A DNA stretch of 63,244 nucleotides, the filler included, from Collodictyon triciliatum (Eukaryota): NCBI GenBank assembly GCA_043381765.1. It is 15 parts of 15 records of this genome, joined end to end, with 100 filler letters (N's around TTAATTAATTAA, not from the genome) between each part and the next. Parts side by side here need not be neighbours in the genome. Positions count along the whole stretch, not along the records: positions 61,258 to 63,244 come from JBHJMP010006267.1; 14 more parts are not named here. One strand, given 5' to 3'. A model generated the notes under the pieces. That model was not told the origin of the DNA. It worked only from the letters and a program-made list of their open reading frames with translations, and did not search any database. Made by a program: the position numbers and the translations under genes. How positions within the stretch are numbered: position 1 is the first letter of the stretch; the number at the start of each line of letters is the position of its first letter. This document shows, piece by piece, positions 61,158 through 63,244 of the stretch.

Positions 61158-63148
61158 NNNNNNNNNNNNNNNNNNNNNNNNNNNNNNNNNNNNNNNNNNN
61201 NTTAATTAATTAANNNNNNNNNNNNNNNNNNNNNNNNNNNNNNNNNNNNNNNNNNNNATAAAATAATAAAATAATAAAATAATAAAATAATAAAATAATA
61301 AAATAATAAAATAATAAAATAATAAAATAATAAAATAATAAAATAATAAAATAATAATCAGAAATAAGAACACCAAAGTAGTTCTGGAGGAGTTGCAGTC
61401 GTCGTAAGTCCGTCCCGCACTAACAGACAGCTTTTCAGAGACAGAAGCCTGGACGTGATATAGTCGTCCGGGTTATTCCAACTGCGGAATATACCATAAT
61501 ACTCACTTAGAATCACAAAAAAACCAGACTTTATCACTAAATACATAATAATACTTGAAAACAAATTGCATGTCACAAAATTACAAACATACCCATCCGA
61601 TACATCTATCGAATGGAATATCTGACAGCCCACAATGCCGACACACGCCCTGTAACTACAAACTCATAAATATGTGAATGTGCACAAAGGCACAAATTGA
61701 GATGTTATCAGACCTAGTTTGGTAAGTGTGTTCGGAGTGGGGTACTGCGGTACAATTTGGCGAGAGCTCCACGGAATCCATCCAAATGCAATGAAAGGTG
61801 CACAGGGGTATGTAAACGAGCCGGAAAGGCATTCACGACCAACCAGGCCCCCGTGATGGATGGAAAGGATGGCGACACTAGCGGTGGTGATATTCACTCG
61901 ACCAGATCAATGGAAGTGCCCATACCTACGCAAGAGCTGTGTGCGAATCATATAAATCGAAGTCAGAAGAGAGCAGACAACACTGTTTAACTTCAGATCC
62001 AATTTTCTTCCGATTTTCTTCCGATTTTCTTTCCCATCTTTTTAAAAAAGATGGAGGAAAAAAATAGGGCTAATATTGACCAATTCAATTTGATTTTTTT
62101 TCTTGAATGTGCTCTTGTGGACTTCTATCTCCAAATGAAAAGACTGTCGGTTCTGAAGATTGGTATCAATCTATTTGGCTTATTATATCTATGTAATCTT
62201 TTAGGGGAAAGTAAGTTGTACCTGTAATTTTCCTGCAACGAAGAAATCTGGAGATACTCTTTAAGTAACATGGAGCCCTTTGAAGAAATGTCTTTAAGGT
62301 AAGACAATGTGTATGTTTTATACAACGGATAGAAAGAATACAAGAAAGAAAGCTAAATGCCAATAGGATAATAGTGAGATAGGATGGAGATTTTACATGA
62401 ATTGACAATATAATTGCTGAAATACTTTTTACAGAGAGAGGTGTACAAATAAACCAACACTAATTGTACCATTTCATAAAATATAGAAAAAGAAGAAACG
62501 TAATAAGGGATAGTTTTGTTGATTTCTTTGAGGAATTATTCCCTGAGGCATCTGGTTTATTTAATGATCAATATGCATACATACCAGATCGGTTTGTATT
62601 CATGATGATTAGTAAATACATTCAGAATATTTTATTTTGAATTTTTTTTATTACTATACAGATAATTGGAATATGTATTTAAGCCTATGTGAAGCTCATA
62701 TATTCAATTAGACACAAAATTGTGTTTTTTCATGTGTATATGTCAGAAATTTTCCATCCCTTCCGAATACTCACTACAGTTAATTTCAAATATTCTTTTA
62801 TTTGCAGCAAAATTAACACAGAAAACTTTTCGGAGGTCGGACGTCACGAAAGCCCAATCCAACAGCTTGAAACTATAGCGCATCATTTCAATGAATCAAA
62901 CTACACAGATAGTTCTTCGAATTTGATAAATGCCAGAAGAATAAGTCGTACATTTTCTGAAAGCAAAGTAGCAGAATCAGGATCATACGGAAAACATCAC
63001 ATTATCCCATCGCAATACAATTCTTGTAGTGTATTTCAGAATGAAAGTAACTTCATTCTCGTTTCTCCTCAAGAACAAGCCTTTTCGTTTACAGAAGGGA
63101 ACCAACTACAGGAATCAACAAGTCTTTCTGAAAGACCTCCTAGTTATA

Positions 63149-63244
63149 TTTTTTTTTTCCTTTATTCGATTCAAAGTGTAGCGAGGTTATGCCATACAAA
63201 GGGGCGGGATGGGAGCGCATGGGAGAGAGCAAACGCGAGTAGGA
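63149..63244 (-). mobile_element. Non-LTR retroelement 3' end, copy D, cut by the window end
   Basis: T10-CCTTTATTCGATTCAAAGTGTAGCGAGG..., nearly identical to copy C over the shared region. Confidence 0.87.

Noticed and set aside
61370..61930. Minus-strand exon-like segments on the last contig
   Set aside because: Splice signals look plausible, but I could not establish a start, a consistent model or a family, so it is not listed as a feature.

Overview
This is not one continuous locus. It is 15 unlinked contigs (mostly about 4.36 kb, size-sorted) joined by 100-bp artificial linkers (44 N + TTAATTAATTAA + 44 N), so gene neighbourhoods across linkers carry no information. The source is an AT-rich, intron-rich eukaryote with short spliceosomal introns, apparently the standard genetic code and many microsatellites. 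An LRRC56 orthologue suggests a flagellated protist. Recognisable, mostly partial, multi-exon genes: HMG-box protein, LRRC56, NTF2/G3BP-like protein, mTERF, Josephin, SAM-domain membrane protein, class II DAHP synthase, NACHT/STAND NTPase, O-fucosyltransferase-family protein, PRPF4, VPS52, tandem CCCH zinc-finger protein, secreted flavin amine oxidase and anoctamin. Most interesting observations: (1) a non-LTR retroposon family seen five times, including a 25-bp stub with a perfect 16-bp target-site duplication, a copy inside an open reading frame, and a separate APE-endonuclease-like fragment; (2) a TATA-preceded, oligo-T-terminated, highly paired RNA candidate of about 320-385 nt with an atypical RNase P-like fold; (3) an NLR-like NACHT protein with an unrecognised N-terminus; (4) perfect palindromes and two GC-AG introns. 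All identifications come from reading motifs by eye; no database search or folding program was run, and I cannot establish that anything here is new.
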